From the IMG/VR virus record IMGVR_UViG_2663763326_000007: a stretch of 43,062 nt of DNA. One strand, written 5' to 3'. The translations under genes were made by a program, and so were the position numbers. Positions 9,433 to 19,294 of the stretch are shown here, piece after piece (position 1 is the first letter of the stretch; each line of letters starts with the position of its first letter). Source of the DNA: a virus. Its lineage: Duplodnaviria > Heunggongvirae > Uroviricota > Caudoviricetes. The notes below the pieces were generated by a model. That model was not told the origin of the DNA, did no database searches, and saw only the letters and a program-made list of their open reading frames with translations.

Positions 9433-10304
9433 ATATGAGTGTGTCCGTTATACGTTGTGCGGACTTCAGTTATTGTGCCTTGTCGGTCCTGCACCTCTTG
9501 CCCTGCTAACACACTACCGCGAGTTGTGATATTACCTGTTCCACCGTTATCTCCAGTGACAGAAATATCGTTACGGAATGTCGCTAATTTATCTACTACT
9601 AATGTCTCGGTAATATGCGTTGGACCAGCTAGTGTTATACCACCCGGAGCCCACGCGCTGATTGTTTGAGCTGTCAGCGATATTCTGTTCGCAGCAGTAA
9701 CACTAACAGAACTCGTTGCTATAACGTTCACTAAATCAGCATGTGCGTTAATTGTATCTGTCGCTGTGACATTAATAATATCAGCGTCTGCGTTAATTAA
9801 TTTCCCACCATGGATATTAACTACATTTTCGCTATTAATAGTAACATCTGCGCGTCCAAATATTTCTATTTCAGACTCACCGAGTATTTTTACCACGCCG
9901 TCCGGTACGCCCTGCCATGTCAGAGTGTGATTTTTTGTGTTATACGTCATCGTAGCCCCGTCACAGTATGCAGTGACATGATCATGGGGGTCATTGCTTG
10001 GCGGAGCTTTGTCGTCAATGTGCAGCCCGAGCATAACTACACCGTTCCGCGTATCCCCACCCTCAGAAACAACAGTAACGGGATCGCCCACTGATGGTGC
10101 GCTCCAGTCGACGCGTTCTGAGGTGGCGTGAGTAAACCACTGCAGCCAGCCTGACTGGTGTTCGCCACCAAATGAGACTCGGCAGCGTGGAGGATTCATT
10201 TTAACTGCAGCTATCGTGCCGCGTTTAACTGCGTCACGCAGCCTGCGCGCGTTCTCCGCTGCAGCATATTCATCGTCCGATTGGGCCATAATAGTCGCCC
10301 TCAT
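9387..10304 (-). CDS. Baseplate spike protein V-like with extended beta-helical C-terminal region
   Basis: 305-aa ORF; repetitive V/T/N-rich middle segment and a C-terminal ..HTHICPDGE.. His-rich tip, as in gpV-type spikes. Confidence 0.65.
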   Translation of the reverse strand: MRATIMAQSDDEYAAAENARRLRDAVKRGTIAAVKMNPPRCRVSFGGEHQSGWLQWFTHATSERVDWSAPSVGDPVTVVSEGGDTRNGVVMLGLHIDDKAPPSNDPHDHVTAYCDGATMTYNTKNHTLTWQGVPDGVVKILGESEIEIFGRADVTINSENVVNIHGGKLINADADIINVTATDTINAHADLVNVIATSSVSVTAANRISLTAQTISAWAPGGITLAGPTHITETLVVDKLATFRNDISVTGDNGGTGNITTRGSVLAGQEVQDRQGTITEVRTTYNGHTHICPDGETQQPNQPMA

Positions 10305-10806
10305 GTTCTGCGCCGATATCTGGTGCTATTCCGACGTATATATTTTTCAGGGTCCCCTGTGAGGGATAATCGAAAATATCTGGACCAACGCCTACAACCT
10401 GCGTGAACGACACGCACTGAACTGAATGCGAACCGACTGACTGCCCGTTTTTAATCCAGTCGCACGGTTCCGCGTCGCTGAATTTTGCCGGTTTAGTTCC
10501 GGGACCGAACATTCGCCCATTGATCCAGCTCGTCATATAGAGCGCTGCATTCTGCGATTTCAGTCCGTACTGATCAGCTGCAAATTCACGCAGCAAATAC
10601 AAATTACACGACAGCTCGACTGACTGAATTGAGCCTGGAACCGATTCGTCACTCTGTGACCAGTTGCTGATTTCCAGGAACAGAGCTGGCGTTTCAAATC
10701 CAGCCGGAATTTCCGGATAAATTCCGAATGTTTTGATGAACGGTATTTGTAAAACCGCGCCTTTAACGCGATCAAGATATTCGTCAAATGCATCCAGTCC
10801 GCTCAT
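10270..10806 (-). CDS. Phage structural protein, putative tail completion/neck protein
   Basis: 178-aa ORF between the head-completion genes and baseplate gene V; no specific family recognised. Confidence 0.35.
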   Translation of the reverse strand: MSGLDAFDEYLDRVKGAVLQIPFIKTFGIYPEIPAGFETPALFLEISNWSQSDESVPGSIQSVELSCNLYLLREFAADQYGLKSQNAALYMTSWINGRMFGPGTKPAKFSDAEPCDWIKNGQSVGSHSVQCVSFTQVVGVGPDIFDYPSQGTLKNIYVGIAPDIGAEHEGDYYGPIGR

Positions 10807-11483
10807 AATCGTTTACCTGTTTTTGGGTCTACGTGGACATTACCTTTCACGCGACCGCGCAAATCTTTCTCAAAAAAGCCCATAAAAACAGGGCCAATGT
10901 TTTCAAAAATATAATCATCGATAGCATCCTCCAGCGCGTCGTGCACAGGTACGCGAGCCTCTTCGATTCCTCCGCGATCCAGTCGAATCCAGACACTTTT
11001 CGCACCGTAGCGTTTCGCTACGAATGAATCGGGCCAACTCATCATCGCCAGCCCTGCACTTTTGGGTGTAAAAGTTGCCCCTCTAGCGCCTTTTTTGGTT
11101 TTCAAAAACAGGCCGGTCTCAAGATCGCGAGGCTGTTTTTGCCTCCGTGGATTTTGTAATCGCCCCTTTAGCTCAGATACCCGGAAATCATTCAGACCGT
11201 ACCAGAGCTTGGCGCTGCTCAGGTCTCCTGCCCCTTCTTTTGTAAAATTACGGCGCTTAATGAACGGCTTGATTCGTTTATCTACGGCCTTATGATTTTT
11301 AGCTGCCAGTGCAGTCAAAATCATTCCTGCTGAAATTCGGTGCATATGTTTTGCAGTTCGGTTCAGCGCCCTGTTGTATACCATTAACATTTGATGTTGC
11401 GTCGCGCTGATTTCGACTCTGAGCTGCTCCAGCGCCGAAACATCGATATCGAACATCTGCGCGTTACTACGTAAATCGGCCAC
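10803..11483 (-). CDS. Putative virion morphogenesis / tail completion protein
   Basis: 226-aa ORF overlapping its neighbours by a few bases inside the late operon. Confidence 0.35.
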   Translation of the reverse strand: MADLRSNAQMFDIDVSALEQLRVEISATQHQMLMVYNRALNRTAKHMHRISAGMILTALAAKNHKAVDKRIKPFIKRRNFTKEGAGDLSSAKLWYGLNDFRVSELKGRLQNPRRQKQPRDLETGLFLKTKKGARGATFTPKSAGLAMMSWPDSFVAKRYGAKSVWIRLDRGGIEEARVPVHDALEDAIDDYIFENIGPVFMGFFEKDLRGRVKGNVHVDPKTGKRL

Positions 11484-11514
11484 GGTTCCCCCTTAAGTGG
11501 GACCGAGGTCCCAC

Positions 11515-11895
11515 TTAGTATTTTGAATACTCGCTGTTTTCGCTGGACGTGTGAGGCTCTAAAAAAATATTCGTGAGCCCTGTGCCATCAGGTTGAGGCT
11601 CTTTAACCACGTAATCGGTCCAGCCAGACCAGGTAACAGAGCCGTCAGGTTCGATGCTGCGCTGCTTTGGAACCTGGACGACGTCACGCGCAACAACGCC
11701 AGCGACGTCGTCCGAGAGCGCCGTCAGGCTCGTTACTGTACCGGTAATAAAACCAGCGTGAGGAACGTCAACGCGCGCGTAAGGCTCGTTGAAAATAGCG
11801 ATAATGGGGTCGGTTTTACCGCGTAATTTAACGGGCCGTCCCCACTCACGGATCATCTCCTCGTCGCCGGCCCGGAGGTCATCGTAGTAGCTCAT
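11515..11895 (-). CDS. Head-tail joining protein (lambda FII-like)
   Basis: 126-aa ORF directly after the FI-like gene in lambda head-gene order. Confidence 0.4.
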   Translation of the reverse strand: MSYYDDLRAGDEEMIREWGRPVKLRGKTDPIIAIFNEPYARVDVPHAGFITGTVTSLTALSDDVAGVVARDVVQVPKQRSIEPDGSVTWSGWTDYVVKEPQPDGTGLTNIFLEPHTSSENSEYSKY

Positions 11896-12311
11896 AGAGC
11901 GTAAACGTGATCAGCTGCGATAAGGTCTGCGACCTCCGGTGAATCAACAACAATTTCACGGCCTGCGGCAACAATCTCGCGAACGCGACGCCCGTTCACG
12001 TAGTGATAAACGTCCAGCGTGTTACGCAACTTGACGCGGCGCGTAGCCGGTGCGAGCTCCTGCTCTTGTGACTGTGAAACGATAGCGCTCGCGATTGATT
12101 GAGCGAGTTCATTATCGGTCCCGGACGCAGTATTCACTGTAATCTCGATGCCTCCCGCGTCACCGGATTGCTCGTTCAGAATATCGAGCTCTGACTCAGC
12201 GCCGGCAACGATTGATTCCAGTTCCGCAATAGTCCCGCTGCGCGGTAATTCGCGACCGAGCTGAGCGCTCAGATCGTCAATACGCGCCAGCAATTCTGTT
12301 TTTGTGCTCAT
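11892..12311 (-). CDS. DNA packaging protein (lambda FI-like)
   Basis: N-terminus MSTKTELLARIDDLSAQLGRELPRSGTIAELESIVAGAESELD parallels the lambda FI N-terminus; follows the capsid gene. Confidence 0.5.
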   Translation of the reverse strand: MSTKTELLARIDDLSAQLGRELPRSGTIAELESIVAGAESELDILNEQSGDAGGIEITVNTASGTDNELAQSIASAIVSQSQEQELAPATRRVKLRNTLDVYHYVNGRRVREIVAAGREIVVDSPEVADLIAADHVYAL

Positions 12312-12345
12312 GTTGATTCCTTAACAAAAAAGAGCCTTTCGACTC

Positions 12346-13380
12346 TTACGCGATTTTTACGACAACGAACGCGTCGGCGTCCGTGAGGACCATTGCTGGC
12401 GCGGATTGCGTCATTGTTTGCGTCACTGCCGGATCACCGGTAGTGGTCCAGACTTTTGGATAGCGCGTCGCTTCGGAAATACCCTCTTTCAGCGCGTCTT
12501 CGTCCTGAATTGCGCCATAAGTGCGGAGCCCGCGGTTTTTTGTGTTGCCAAGGATCATCGTGTTATCCGGCATATAACGCGTTTCAGTGTCTGTTACCGG
12601 GTCGAGGTATTGCCCTTTGTAGACAAACAGCGCAGTGTCGCCGTAGTAGCCTTTAAAGCTGACAACGTCGCCCAGGTTTTTCAGCGCGACCTCGAGCTGG
12701 CTGTTTGAGCCACGGCGCGTATCCAGTGCCGTCCAGAATTTTTTAAAACGCTTCAACTGCTTCCAGGCTTTACCATCCATGATGATCACGTTAACCGCAC
12801 CGGAGGCGAGGTCCGCGTAGGATTCAATATCGTCGCTCGGGTCATACGTTTCCGCGTCCTGAGTCGACCAGGCTGTCGAACCGGACTGAGTGACGTTATT
12901 CGTCGCGCTGCGGCTCATGTCGATCTCATAGGTCTCGATATTGCTGCCGGAAACAGTGTATTTACCGTACAGAACAGCCTGTACCGCCTGGAACTCTTCG
13001 AGCTGGCTGATGCTCAGTTCCTCATCAAGCAGGTTCTGCATGATGATTTTTGCACGACGTTCGACCGGCGTTTCCGGCTGGCCAATCTGCTCACCGGCTG
13101 CGCGCTTGATGCTCATATTCGGATTGATCGTGTGCTTGGGTTTCGTGTAACCCGGTTTGAAATGGTTCGTTGAATAGCCGCGAGTGCGGTCAACTTTGCC
13201 GGTGATCATCGGCGCGCAGTACACGGCCATGTTCACTTTTCCCGGGATTTTATCCAGAAAAACCTCTTCGCTCGTAAACGTGTAGGTCTCACGGAAAAAC
13301 AGCTTTAAAAACAACGGATTGAACTTAAATACCTGCTGTGTCGCGGTAATCAGTTCTGACGTAGTAAACGAATCGCTCAT
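12346..13380 (-). CDS. Major capsid protein (lambda gpE family)
   Basis: Extended similarity to lambda gpE from memory (..KFNPLFLKLFFRE.., ..LDTRRGSNS.., ..PDNTMILGNT..RGLRTYG.., C-terminal ..VKIA). Confidence 0.9.
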   Translation of the reverse strand: MSDSFTTSELITATQQVFKFNPLFLKLFFRETYTFTSEEVFLDKIPGKVNMAVYCAPMITGKVDRTRGYSTNHFKPGYTKPKHTINPNMSIKRAAGEQIGQPETPVERRAKIIMQNLLDEELSISQLEEFQAVQAVLYGKYTVSGSNIETYEIDMSRSATNNVTQSGSTAWSTQDAETYDPSDDIESYADLASGAVNVIIMDGKAWKQLKRFKKFWTALDTRRGSNSQLEVALKNLGDVVSFKGYYGDTALFVYKGQYLDPVTDTETRYMPDNTMILGNTKNRGLRTYGAIQDEDALKEGISEATRYPKVWTTTGDPAVTQTMTQSAPAMVLTDADAFVVVKIA

Positions 13381-13394
13381 TTATATATCCTGTT

Positions 13395-13422
13395 ATAAAA
13401 AAACCGCCCGGAGGCGGCTTGT
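13395..13422 (-). terminator. Intrinsic terminator-like hairpin between the decoration and major capsid genes
   Basis: CCGCC-CGGA-GGCGG stem-loop (13404..13417) flanked by an A7 run on one side and a T-rich run on the other; on the minus-strand RNA it is followed by UUUUUUU. Confidence 0.4.
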
Positions 13423-13438
13423 TTTGAGTTTTTTGCTA

Positions 13439-13768
13439 TCAGCCGACGCTGATCGGCGTACCCGCAAATGCTGATTTGCGTTTAGCTACGTCGGTAACCG
13501 TACCCCAGTTAATCGCCGTGTAACGGAACGAGCCTGATTTATAGTACGAGCAGTCTGCAGAACTGGAGCCAGTATTAACTGCGGTGGCAGTGAGGCCAAT
13601 AGCTTTACCGACTGAGCCGTCCCAAACCTTAAACGTCCCGACAGTAGCGTCGAGCATAATCGGTGTCAGCCGGGGTACGTTGATCCCGCCCTGAAAATGA
13701 CCGACGGTCGTGACAACAAGGTCAGGCCCAAGAATAAAATCGTCCGGGCTATACGTTTCTGTAGTCAT
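13439..13768 (-). CDS. Head decoration protein (lambda gpD family)
   Basis: 109 aa; ..TPIMLDATVGTFKVWDG.. and C-terminal ..KRKSAFAGTPISVG match lambda gpD. Confidence 0.85.
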   Translation of the reverse strand: MTTETYSPDDFILGPDLVVTTVGHFQGGINVPRLTPIMLDATVGTFKVWDGSVGKAIGLTATAVNTGSSSADCSYYKSGSFRYTAINWGTVTDVAKRKSAFAGTPISVG

Positions 13769-15075
13769 TATTCATCCCCTAAAATTGAACGCCCTGCAGC
13801 AACCAGCATCGAGACGTTTGCGGTTGTTCCTGTTGCCGTAGTACTGCCAGCATCCTGAATAGTCGCTGGTGATTCAGTGCTCATTAGTGTATCGAGCGCC
13901 GTTTCTGTCCGCGCCTGCGCCGTTTTAGGTGCTGCAGCGAGGACTACCTGCGCCTGCCCGACCGTCATCCCGGGGACGCCAGCGAGCGCTTTTGCCTGCG
14001 CCTCGCGCCCAACAGCTTCGGGACAATTGATGATGGCCATCACACGCGCCAGTTCGCTTGATGCGGCGTCCGCGCGAATCTGCTCCGTGTTAAACTCAAC
14101 CTGCGCGACAGTAGTCGTGGTCGCGGTTTGTTCTGTGGTCGTGGTCTCCGCCGTGGTTTCTGTACCAGACATAAAGCGCTCCATTTTTGGTTTCAGTGCG
14201 TCGGCCATCACTGCGATAGCGTCCGCGTAATTAACGAGTTGATCAGCGAGACCAGATTTAATCGCGTCCGCGCCGATAAATACTGCAGCTTCCGTGGCCA
14301 GCACCCTGGATTTTTTCAGCCCGGTATAATCCGAGACTTTTTGCGCGAACTGCTCGCGCGTGCTGTTAATACTCAGCTGGAATTCGTCGCGAACGTCGCC
14401 TGGCAGCTGGGAATACGGGTTCCCGTCAACTTTGTGCGCGCCGGCGTAAATCAGCGTCACGTCGACGCCAGCAATCTCCAGCGCTTTTTCGACGCAGCGG
14501 TGAGCCATCAGGACACCGATTGAACCAACTGTGCCTGTCTGCGTTATCAGCCGGCGCGAACACGCTGACGCCAGCAAATAGGCAGCGCTGCAGGCCGTAT
14601 CGCTGGCCAGCGCCCACACAGGTTTTTGCTCTCGCGCCCGGGCGATTAAATCAGCAGTATCAAACGCGCCGGCGACTTCACCGCCAGGGGAGTCAATATC
14701 AAGCAGGACCCCTCTTACATCGGGATCAGAAATCGCCTGCTGCAGGCGTTTTGCGATTCCGTTGTAACCGCTCATCCCGCTAACTGGGTTGATATAACCC
14801 AATTTATGAACCAGCGTCCCGGTAACCGGCAGAACGGCTATACCACGCTCCACGCGATACGATTTCTGGCGTGTTCGCTCGCTGCTGTCCCACCCCATCG
14901 CGAGCGCGTTCATTTCGTCGCTGTTCATTACCTCTCCAGACGCTGTATCAATCAGTCGCCCGGTACCGAACCGGTCGCTCAGCGCCGAAAAAAATACCCG
15001 CGCGTAGGTGGGCTCCAGCAAAAGCGGTTGATTGAACGCCCTGGCGGCGAGGTGCGGAAAATTGTTCCACGGCAT
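13768..15075 (-). CDS. Head maturation protease / scaffold (lambda gpC, S49 peptidase family)
   Basis: 435 aa with an SppA/ClpP-like core (..GVLLDIDSPGGEVAG..) and an Ala/Thr-rich scaffold-like C-terminal half. Confidence 0.8.
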   Translation of the reverse strand: MPWNNFPHLAARAFNQPLLLEPTYARVFFSALSDRFGTGRLIDTASGEVMNSDEMNALAMGWDSSERTRQKSYRVERGIAVLPVTGTLVHKLGYINPVSGMSGYNGIAKRLQQAISDPDVRGVLLDIDSPGGEVAGAFDTADLIARAREQKPVWALASDTACSAAYLLASACSRRLITQTGTVGSIGVLMAHRCVEKALEIAGVDVTLIYAGAHKVDGNPYSQLPGDVRDEFQLSINSTREQFAQKVSDYTGLKKSRVLATEAAVFIGADAIKSGLADQLVNYADAIAVMADALKPKMERFMSGTETTAETTTTEQTATTTTVAQVEFNTEQIRADAASSELARVMAIINCPEAVGREAQAKALAGVPGMTVGQAQVVLAAAPKTAQARTETALDTLMSTESPATIQDAGSTTATGTTANVSMLVAAGRSILGDE

Positions 15076-16649
15076 CAGTTACCTCCCCAGCCGTTATCGT
15101 TGGTATTTGAGGGGTGAGATACAGACCATGACGGTTCGCTCAGCCCCATTTCACGCCGGCGCTGAATTTCGTATTCCTGCTGCTCCATAACCTCCTCGTA
15201 ATCCTGTCCCTGCAGCGCCAGTTCGTTCTGATACGTGCTGAGGCCAGTTGTGATGCGCATGGCGCTCTCCTGAACCTCTTTCAGCCCATCAATCGCCATG
15301 CGACCAGCGCCGATCCAGAGCGCGTTCGTCCAGGAGTTCCGCGCCTCATAAAACGACCGGACAGCTGAGCGTGGCAGGGTGATAATTCCGCGTGCCAGCG
15401 CCTCTTCAAACCAGCAGCAGAACATCAGCGACGCCTGTCGCGCGGCGATAAAACGTCGACGCCCCATGAAAAATCGCCAGCTGACGTTAGCACTGGCCCG
15501 GGCGCTGGAGTAACTGACCTGGCTGTAGTCCCGGCTAAGTTCTTCGTATGACGCGCCAACGCCAGCTGCAACGTAACGCAGGAGTGATTTTTCCAGTGAA
15601 CTAAAACCAGCATCAGCATTCTGAGCGGTCTGTAAACTGAGTTTGTCGCCGGGATGCAGGTGGGGAACTTTCACACCACCGAGCTTGATATTTGCGCCGT
15701 TGTAGTACGTCACGTAACTCTGAATAAACGAATTCAGCGGGTTCGAGTCGATATCAGTACCCGCGCCGGCGATATATTCAAACGCCTGCTGGCTGTCGAG
15801 CTCTGATTCGATTGTCGCGGCATACATCGCCTTCACAATGGCGCTCTGCAGTTGTGTTTGCTGCAGTGTGTCGAGCATTTTCAGGCGCTCCATGACGCTG
15901 TAAAAAATATTGTCCCCGCGGGTCTGTCCGTCCTCGAGCGGCTCGAATATGTGGATGAATGCGTGTCTGCCGCTGCTGAGCTGTGCTGGGATACGCCGGC
16001 ATTTACCGACTCCGCCGAGAGGGTAAGTATCCTCGGCTATCCAGTACCCGACCGCGGCCCCGTTTTTATCGATATCAACACCGGCGCGGCGAAATTGAGT
16101 GTCAGCTGCGTAACCCGGATTTCGAATCCGTTTCGGTGAGACCATTTTGAATCGCGTCCGAAAAACGCTGCCGGCACTACTCTCCCAGACTGGTTGTACG
16201 CAGGTTTCACCGTTGAAAGCGTGAGTAGCCACGCCCTCGCGGATCATCATTGTGAACGTCCGTTTCCGCTCGATATCAATCGTGCAGTGAGGGTCCTCGG
16301 CGTATTCAGTCCACGCTACCTCGACGTCACGCGCCAGCGCCCTGGCGTCCTCGCGAGATATGCCGAGGTAACGCCAGTTAGGGCGATAACTCAACTTAAA
16401 CAGATTGCCGACGATATGATCCTGGTGCAGCTGCACGGCGTTCGACGCGACGCCGTTATTGCGAACGAGATCGTCTGCTCGCGCGTTACCGCGATAAAAA
16501 TTCGGCAACAGTGCTGCGTCGGCGCTCTGCTGTGGTGCGTTCCAGTCAATCAGCTGGCCACCGAAACCGGGACCGCCGCCGTTATACCCCGCGTAACGGC
16601 GTAGTGGCGTTTTACCGTCAGGCCCGAGCAGCTGCTGCGGAGCAGTCAT
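15075..16649 (-). CDS. Portal protein (lambda gpB family)
   Basis: 524-aa ORF between the gpW-like and protease genes; size and order match lambda B. Confidence 0.85.
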   Translation of the reverse strand: MTAPQQLLGPDGKTPLRRYAGYNGGGPGFGGQLIDWNAPQQSADAALLPNFYRGNARADDLVRNNGVASNAVQLHQDHIVGNLFKLSYRPNWRYLGISREDARALARDVEVAWTEYAEDPHCTIDIERKRTFTMMIREGVATHAFNGETCVQPVWESSAGSVFRTRFKMVSPKRIRNPGYAADTQFRRAGVDIDKNGAAVGYWIAEDTYPLGGVGKCRRIPAQLSSGRHAFIHIFEPLEDGQTRGDNIFYSVMERLKMLDTLQQTQLQSAIVKAMYAATIESELDSQQAFEYIAGAGTDIDSNPLNSFIQSYVTYYNGANIKLGGVKVPHLHPGDKLSLQTAQNADAGFSSLEKSLLRYVAAGVGASYEELSRDYSQVSYSSARASANVSWRFFMGRRRFIAARQASLMFCCWFEEALARGIITLPRSAVRSFYEARNSWTNALWIGAGRMAIDGLKEVQESAMRITTGLSTYQNELALQGQDYEEVMEQQEYEIQRRREMGLSEPSWSVSHPSNTNDNGWGGN

Positions 16650-16879
16650 AATCGAACTCCCACGGGCCGACGGCGTCCCGTACTCAGACCGAGCTGTGAT
16701 TTCAGCTCGATAATGTACGTTCGGAGCTGCTCAATACTCGCCTGCGAGTATTGATAGCTCCGGTTATTTCCTGCTGAATCGCCGTGAGACAGCGACACGG
16801 TCGATTTACCCGTTAATAATTTGTGCAGAGCGATTTCCGCTTCCAGCAGTCGTTCTGTTAAAACCTCGCGCGACGTCAT
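16646..16879 (-). CDS. Head-tail joining protein (lambda gpW family)
   Basis: 77 aa; MTSREVLTERLLEAEIALHKLLTGK..IEQLRTYIIELKSQ.. parallels lambda gpW. Confidence 0.75.
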   Translation of the reverse strand: MTSREVLTERLLEAEIALHKLLTGKSTVSLSHGDSAGNNRSYQYSQASIEQLRTYIIELKSQLGLSTGRRRPVGVRL

Positions 16880-18840
16880 TAGCTCCCTCCGAGCATTCTG
16901 GCCATCTCCTCGAGAGACAGTTTGTTTTGTGATTTTTTCCGTTGCTCAGCGAGCGTCTCGAGATTGAGCTGGAAACGAATTTTACTGATACGCAGCGCTG
17001 CCAGTCCGTACACCCAGCAGTCGAGCGCCTCATTTCGCCGGCCCTGGTTGTCCCAACGATAAACGACGCGACCGTTAATGAGTTTCGGGATCAGAACCTC
17101 GGAGACGAGCTGTTTTGCCTCTGTCGTGCTGAATATTTCGTCGTCGTTGGGAAAATGAATCGCACCTGGTGTCGCCGATTTGGAGTCGGGTTCCAGCTGC
17201 AGGCGCATTGCGAGCAGGTCTTTCGCTGTATCTGTCCCAATCAACGACAAATACACTTTATTCGCGTTACGGGTACGAGGCATATTTACGACCGGCTGGC
17301 CGTATGAGCTCGCGCCCTTGATTGGAATGACCCACAGCGGACCGAGTTTCAGCGAGCGGTTATAAACGACCTGCGCATCTATACCACCGGTATCCCACGC
17401 CCAGCGACTGACGCCGATTGTGGTCCCGTCGCTGCGCCGGTATTGTTTGCGAATCACTCCGTCGACGCGCTGCAGCGTGTCCTCCTCGTCGTAGCGACCG
17501 AGGACGATTGTTTTATCAATCAGCCAGCACTCCTCCTCGGCTCCCCAGCCCCACACATAACACTCGTAGCGCCCGGACGTCTGAGAGTCGATGCCGCCGG
17601 TTATATAAACAACACCGTCAGGAACCTGGCTGGCGTATTTTTCCCGGCGATTAACCAGAATATCGTGCTCCAGCTGCTCGCTGGCCACGTCGCTCCAGAG
17701 TTCGCCGAGCGTCGTGTTATGAAACGTCTTTTCCTTGAGCGGGTCGCCTTTCGCTTTCAGCCACTCGCTGACAATCTCGCCCCATCCATCGAGGTTTAGT
17801 GAATACAGGGCGTTTATCACGATCGCAGCGTGTTTCGGCGCGCGAACGACGCCACCGTCATGATCAAAAAAATGAATGCCGTCTCGGGTCCAGGTGCAGT
17901 CCTCGGCTATCCAGCGCCCCCCGAACTCCATTTTTTCGAGATCGCGATAGTAAAAATGTTCCGGGCAGTGGCAGCACTGGTAATACGCGGACGACGATTT
18001 CGCCTCATTGGTCTGCAGGCTGTTATCCCATTTGAGGCCGTATTCGATACCGTCGAAACCAAATACCAGGACCTGCTCCTCGCCACAATGCGGACATGTC
18101 AGGTAAAAACGAAACGTCAGATCGGCAGCGTCTTCGAGCATTTCGATATGACTTTTGCCGGTAACGGTCGGCGTCGAACCAAAAATCGCCTTCGGGTACG
18201 CTGCCCCTTTAATTCGAACGAGCGCCAGTTCGATGGGCGAGCCCTCGCCTTTGCCTTTTTTGGCAACTTCCAGCGGCCAGCCGTCAACTTCGTCACCCTC
18301 GACAACCTGTTTCGTTAGTCGCCGGAAATTTCCTGGTGCACTCGCGCCGCGAAAATCAAGAATCGCGCCGCTCATTTCTTTACGCTGGAGATTGTTACGC
18401 TCGTTGCTTTTATCCCAGTCGGGGAAAATTTTCTGAATCACTGGCATTTCGGCGATAGCGGGGTCAACCTCGTCGGCGACAAATCCATCCGATTCGTCAT
18501 CGATAGGCTGATAGACCACGGCACTACGTTTTTTGTGCTCAGCGAAATAGAGCAGCGCCGCGACGAGTATTTTTGTATAACCGAGACGAGCTGATTTGCG
18601 AACAGACACGATTTTTATCGCGTCGTTCGTCATCATATTGAGCATCACTACCTGGACCGGCTGAGTCGTCCAGTGCCCAGCGATGTGGCTGGAGCCCTCA
18701 GGGAGATAAAAATATTTATCAGCCCACTCAACACCCGTCATCGGTATCGTCACGCGCAAGGGATTCAACCCTGTCGAGATCGCGTTCGATATCGCTGACA
18801 TCGTAATCGCTGAAGTCGATTCGTATGTCTGACAACTCAT
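16879..18840 (-). CDS. Terminase large subunit (lambda gpA family)
   Basis: 653-aa ORF matching lambda gpA in size, with a Cys-rich ..CPHCGEEQ.. segment and a C-terminal nuclease-like region, immediately upstream of gpW and portal. Confidence 0.9.
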   Translation of the reverse strand: MSCQTYESTSAITMSAISNAISTGLNPLRVTIPMTGVEWADKYFYLPEGSSHIAGHWTTQPVQVVMLNMMTNDAIKIVSVRKSARLGYTKILVAALLYFAEHKKRSAVVYQPIDDESDGFVADEVDPAIAEMPVIQKIFPDWDKSNERNNLQRKEMSGAILDFRGASAPGNFRRLTKQVVEGDEVDGWPLEVAKKGKGEGSPIELALVRIKGAAYPKAIFGSTPTVTGKSHIEMLEDAADLTFRFYLTCPHCGEEQVLVFGFDGIEYGLKWDNSLQTNEAKSSSAYYQCCHCPEHFYYRDLEKMEFGGRWIAEDCTWTRDGIHFFDHDGGVVRAPKHAAIVINALYSLNLDGWGEIVSEWLKAKGDPLKEKTFHNTTLGELWSDVASEQLEHDILVNRREKYASQVPDGVVYITGGIDSQTSGRYECYVWGWGAEEECWLIDKTIVLGRYDEEDTLQRVDGVIRKQYRRSDGTTIGVSRWAWDTGGIDAQVVYNRSLKLGPLWVIPIKGASSYGQPVVNMPRTRNANKVYLSLIGTDTAKDLLAMRLQLEPDSKSATPGAIHFPNDDEIFSTTEAKQLVSEVLIPKLINGRVVYRWDNQGRRNEALDCWVYGLAALRISKIRFQLNLETLAEQRKKSQNKLSLEEMARMLGGS

Positions 18841-19294
18841 TTAAGGCTATCGCCAGCTCCTCTCGTAATACACTGCTCGCCTCTTGCGGCATCTCCGGCC
18901 AGACCTTTTTCAGGCGTGGTGGCCACGACTCGACGCGGGTACGTAATTCAACGGCGACGCGAGATACAGCGACGCTAATTAATTCAATTGGCGCGTAGCG
19001 TTTAGCGAGAATGCGGCGTTTTACTCGTGCCATCAGGATTCGCTCCTGTCGTTCCTCATTTTTCAGCCACTGCTCGCGATTTTTTTCGGGAGAATTGTCC
19101 CCCGCTTCCGGTTCGTCATTACTAGTTGTGTCGCGTCTATTGCTCCGGAGATAACGAATATAAAAATGGCGCCATGCGTCTAGCTCCCAATCACCACGTC
19201 CTTGTGGGACTGGTGCTCCCGGAAGTTTTGCGAGATCGCGCAGACGACGATCAGATAGCAGTAAATGTGCTGCAACCTCAGCCTGACTTGCCAT
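18728..19294 (-). CDS. Putative terminase small subunit
   Basis: 188-aa ORF directly upstream of and overlapping the large terminase gene; GGTGAGGA ribosome-binding sequence before the ATG. Confidence 0.55.
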   Translation of the reverse strand: MASQAEVAAHLLLSDRRLRDLAKLPGAPVPQGRGDWELDAWRHFYIRYLRSNRRDTTSNDEPEAGDNSPEKNREQWLKNEERQERILMARVKRRILAKRYAPIELISVAVSRVAVELRTRVESWPPRLKKVWPEMPQEASSVLREELAIALNELSDIRIDFSDYDVSDIERDLDRVESLARDDTDDGC

